A stretch of DNA of 41,696 nt from a virus. Position numbers and translations under genes: made by a program. How positions within the stretch are numbered: position 1 is the stretch's first letter; each line of letters opens with the position of its first letter. Shown one piece after another: positions 38,707 through 41,696 of the stretch. Under the pieces are notes generated by a model, which did no database searches, was not told the origin of the DNA, and saw only the letters and a list, made by a program, of their open reading frames with translations. The stretch covers positions 1 to 41,696 of IMG/VR virus record IMGVR_UViG_3300044856_000069, one strand, 5' to 3'.

Positions 38707-40030
38707 TTGCAATCCTCCTCGCTTTGATCACGGTGGAAACAAAATAACGCAGGGCGTCGCAGCTGTGGTCGTTTATCTTTAACGGCCGCTCTTTCCCGCC
38801 CTGCTCTATCGCCTTATTATCCCAGGCATAGGACTGATGCTCTTTTATCGTGTTCACGCAGCGCCGGTGAAAATGGATCCTGCGCCGCGTCAATAACGTG
38901 TTCACATTGCGGATACCCTCGATAACGCTGTTGTCCGCGTTTATGGTCTCAACCGTCTCCTTCATCCGCAAGCCCCGGTTCCGGAGCTCAATCTTGAAAG
39001 ACGCCGCCGATGGGTCGATGATGGTCCCCGTAGGCCAGACGTCCACCGGGCACTTGTGAATGAAACCAAGCAGATCGTCCGCATATTGGCTGTTGTCTTT
39101 TTCGTAGTTCCCGTCGGCCCGGCTGTCCCAGTAATACTCATCCGTCACCCAGATGTCCTGCCCATCATCCCAGATGTCCAGGTACACCATCGGGTTCACT
39201 GTGCCGTAGTCAATGGCCAGGAACCGACGCATGATGTGTGCATTTTTGTATATCCAGTCCAGCTTCTCATCCCCGAAAAGCAGGTCGTCAGACCAGGCAT
39301 CCCGATAGATCGCACCCTGGGCCGTGACCCAGAGCCCCTGAATGAACCGCTGGTAGAACACGCCAGTGTAGGTCGTTCGGTAACGCTCCTGGACCTCTTC
39401 AGTCAGCGACGGGTTGTCGTCCATAAGGAAGTGTATAAAAAGCAGTTTTTTCTGATCTGCTTTTTCAATCCAGTTTTTCAGGAACCAGTGCATCGGGCTG
39501 TCCGGGTTACAGTTAAACCACATTTTAGCTCCCGGAACGGAGCACCGGCCTGTGGCCTGGTTCACAAAAGACTCCGGCATCAACGCCACTTCGTCGCAGT
39601 AGAGACCCGCCAGCGTGATGCCCTGAATCAGATCCTGTGAAGATTCATCCCGGCCGCCAAACACGTAAAAGTAATTCGTTTTATCGCCTTTGGATATTAC
39701 GATCAGGTTCTCTGTGCGCGACTCCTCGATGGTGAACCGTCGGATCATCAGTACCGGTTTTAACCAGCTCCATACGTTACGCCGGAACGACCCTACCGTC
39801 TTACCGCACATGGCAAAATTCTGGCCGTCGTAGGTGTCCATGGCCCAGAGCACAAAACTGATGGCCATGGCTACCGTCTTCCCGGCACGAATAGAACCGT
39901 CCGCAATGATGCCGTTATGCTTTCGGTACGGCGACTTCTCCGCCCACCACGTCAGCAGCTGCATCTGCTTCAGGCTGAACCGGCTGAACCTTACGACCGG
40001 TTTTATTTGCAGTTTTCTTTTTACGGCCAT
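38699..40030 (-). CDS. terL: Terminase large subunit
   Basis: Walker A GSIRAGKTVA. A typical N-terminal ATPase and C-terminal nuclease layout. ATG at 40030 preferred (GGGGTGA upstream). Confidence 0.85.
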   Translation of the reverse strand: MAVKRKLQIKPVVRFSRFSLKQMQLLTWWAEKSPYRKHNGIIADGSIRAGKTVAMAISFVLWAMDTYDGQNFAMCGKTVGSFRRNVWSWLKPVLMIRRFTIEESRTENLIVISKGDKTNYFYVFGGRDESSQDLIQGITLAGLYCDEVALMPESFVNQATGRCSVPGAKMWFNCNPDSPMHWFLKNWIEKADQKKLLFIHFLMDDNPSLTEEVQERYRTTYTGVFYQRFIQGLWVTAQGAIYRDAWSDDLLFGDEKLDWIYKNAHIMRRFLAIDYGTVNPMVYLDIWDDGQDIWVTDEYYWDSRADGNYEKDNSQYADDLLGFIHKCPVDVWPTGTIIDPSAASFKIELRNRGLRMKETVETINADNSVIEGIRNVNTLLTRRRIHFHRRCVNTIKEHQSYAWDNKAIEQGGKERPLKINDHSCDALRYFVSTVIKARRIASA

Positions 40031-40469
40031 GCCGCTCACCCCACACATCGACGGCGCTGGCCTTGATGGCCTCGGTAAACCCGTCGTCCTCGTATTCCGT
40101 CAGCTGGCCGGCCGTCTTATCCGGCAAAACAGTCTGCCCAATTGTGTCCCTGATATATTCCGCAGCCCGGACGTTCCCTTTTATCGCAGCTGCGATCATC
40201 GCCACCAGGACCTTGTCCTGGACTGTCATATTCGTGGCGCTGTTTAGCGCCTCCACGAACGACGTTATCTCGTGAATAGGTGCGTCGTTTTCTTTGAACC
40301 ATGGCAGCTGGAGCAGGTGTTCAAGCCCCTCTCGCATCGTTCGCCGTTCGCGCTTTGCTTTTCCGGAAGCGGTACCGCCACGCCGGCCATACTCTGCAGC
40401 GTTCTTTTTGGTGATTCTTACCCCCCGCTTCAGGTTTTCCTTTGTGGCTTCCTGCGCCGGACTACGCAA
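39915..40469 (-). CDS. terS: Terminase small subunit
   Basis: Basic N-terminus NLKRGVRITKKNAAEYGRRGGTASGKAKRERR. Position upstream of terL. TTG start. The 3' end overlaps terL by about 116 nt. Confidence 0.55.
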   Translation of the reverse strand: MRSPAQEATKENLKRGVRITKKNAAEYGRRGGTASGKAKRERRTMREGLEHLLQLPWFKENDAPIHEITSFVEALNSATNMTVQDKVLVAMIAAAIKGNVRAAEYIRDTIGQTVLPDKTAGQLTEYEDDGFTEAIKASAVDVWGERHGRKKKTANKTGRKVQPVQPEADAAADVVGGEVAVPKA

Positions 40470-41696
40470 TGACCTCTGCCTTGCCGCCGGTCAGCTGCTC
40501 CCAGCGTTCCACAATTACGTCGCAGTACACCGGGTCGAGCTCCATCATGTAGCAGGCCCTGTGCAGCTGCTCGCACGCGATCAGCGTCGACCCGGAGCCG
40601 CCAAACAAATCCAGTACCGTGTCGTCCCGCTGGCTGCTGTTTTTAATGCATTTAGCACAAAGCGCAATCGGCTTCATGGTCGGATGCTCGCCGTTGCGTT
40701 TCGGTTTGTCAACGTAGATCAGCGTGCTGGCGTCCTCGGTGTTCACAACCTCCGCAGCCGGAACCCGCAGCACCAGGTTCTTGTTCCCCGACGCAAAATT
40801 GATCAGCATGGACCCGTCCGCATCCTGGCTCATCACTACCGGGAAGTTTTCACTGATGGTCGTGCCCTGCTTCCGGCCCCCGAACCAGCGATGCTTCCCG
40901 CCGGCCTTCCAGCCATACAGAATCGGCTCATGTTGCCACTGAAAATCCTGCCGGCCCAGAGTAAAAGTGTTCTTGGCCCAGATCAGGCACTGCTTCAGCA
41001 GCAACCCGGAGTCAACAAACGCCTGCCGGAACGTTAGCGACTCGCTGTCCGCATGGCAGATGTACACCGTAGCCCCGGGCTCCAGGACCTCCTCGGCCCG
41101 CTGATAAAAAGAAAGCAGGAAGTCATAAAACTGACTCCCTGCCATTTTGTCGTTTTTGATTTTTAGGTGTTCTTTTGTACCGCCGGTGTAGTCGATGTTG
41201 TACGGCGGATCTGTGAACATCATGCTCATAGGCACCCCGCCGGTGAGCTTTGCCACATCCGCAGCGTCGGTAGACGACCCGCACATCAGCCGGTGTGCAC
41301 CCAGCTGGTAAATCATTCCGGGCTGTGTTTTCGGTGTTTTGATTTTTTCCACCGCGGCCTCGAAGTCGAACCCGTCCTCCTCCGGTTCCGGATCTGGCAA
41401 CTCGAACCCGAACGCCCGCATGTCAATGTCGGCGATTTGCAGCAGCTCCCCATTCAGCAGCGACTCATCCCAGGACGCCAGCTCGGCCGTTTTATTGTCG
41501 GCCAGCCTGTAGGCCCGTATTTCCTCTTCTGTGAGGTCGTCTGCCCGGACGCAAGGTACCTGCCGCAGGCGTAACCGTTTCGCCTCCTTGAGCCGCGTGT
41601 GGCCGCATACGACCACGTTGTCCTTGTCAATCACAATAGGCTGCCGGAACCCGAACCGCTTGATCGATTCTGCAACCGGCTTCACAGCCGGGTCGT
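40462..41696 (-). CDS. ParB-like nuclease domain fused to an N6A/N4C DNA methyltransferase (3' portion; 5' end at 1..194)
   Basis: ParB-N FGFRQPIVIDKDNVVVCGHTRLKEA. Methylase motif IV DPPY and motif I FGGSGST, in beta-class order. Confidence 0.85.
   Translation of the reverse strand, partial: DPAVKPVAESIKRFGFRQPIVIDKDNVVVCGHTRLKEAKRLRLRQVPCVRADDLTEEEIRAYRLADNKTAELASWDESLLNGELLQIADIDMRAFGFELPDPEPEEDGFDFEAAVEKIKTPKTQPGMIYQLGAHRLMCGSSTDAADVAKLTGGVPMSMMFTDPPYNIDYTGGTKEHLKIKNDKMAGSQFYDFLLSFYQRAEEVLEPGATVYICHADSESLTFRQAFVDSGLLLKQCLIWAKNTFTLGRQDFQWQHEPILYGWKAGGKHRWFGGRKQGTTISENFPVVMSQDADGSMLINFASGNKNLVLRVPAAEVVNTEDASTLIYVDKPKRNGEHPTMKPIALCAKCIKNSSQRDDTVLDLFGGSGSTLIACEQLHRACYMMELDPVYCDVIVERWEQLTGGKAEVIA
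41570..41696. repeat. Second copy of the 127-bp terminal overlap
   Basis: Identical to 1..127. Confidence 0.9.

Larger units (their letters stand above)
1..41696. mobile_element. Complete temperate tailed-phage genome (contractile tail), circularly closed; unique length 41,569 bp
   Basis: Full set of terminase, portal, capsid, sheath/tube, baseplate, lysis, integrase, repressor and replication genes. The window ends overlap by 127 bp and re-join one ORF. Confidence 0.85.

Noticed and set aside
40294-41037. 247-aa plus-strand ORF
   Set aside because: It is the antisense shadow of the methyltransferase domain (DPPY, FGGSGST on the minus strand).

Overview
The window is one complete, circularly closed temperate tailed-phage genome with a unique length of 41,569 bp. 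Bases 1-127 are identical to 41570-41696, and joining them restores a single ParB-domain/DNA-methyltransferase ORF. Almost all genes are on the minus strand in canonical order. That order is: cro-like switch; small early/accessory genes; a RecT / Rad50-SbcC-like / MBL / VRR-NUC recombination module; a replisome organizer with an internal iteron origin; SSB; a RinA/ArpU-like sigma-region-4 regulator; an amidoligase+GGCT cassette; a small RHH protein; ParB-MTase, TerS, TerL and portal; the head module (MuF, scaffold, cement, major capsid); neck; contractile tail (sheath, tube, -1 frameshifted chaperone, tape measure with lysozyme domain); baseplate (hub, spike, PAAR, W/J/I-like); tail fibres; and a holin/amidase lysis cassette. 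The plus strand carries the lysogeny module: a cI-like repressor, a truncated MuF-domain paralogue and a tyrosine integrase. About 1 kb of non-coding DNA between integrase and lysis genes holds attP-like arm repeats, a 52-codon ORF and several promoter/terminator units. The candidates most worth follow-up are: (1) a portal with a C-terminal RelE/DUF4258-like domain, overlapped by a tiny acidic ORF and closed by its own terminator; (2) a stand-alone paralogue of the virion MuF domain co-transcribed with the repressor, in the position lambda rex occupies; (3) a self-contained GS-like amidoligase + gamma-glutamylcyclotransferase cassette next to the ParB-methyltransferase; (4) a repeated about 35-bp promoter box heading several transcription units; (5) three promoter-plus-terminator pairs that look like small RNA genes. 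All function calls come from motif recognition by eye. No database search was run.
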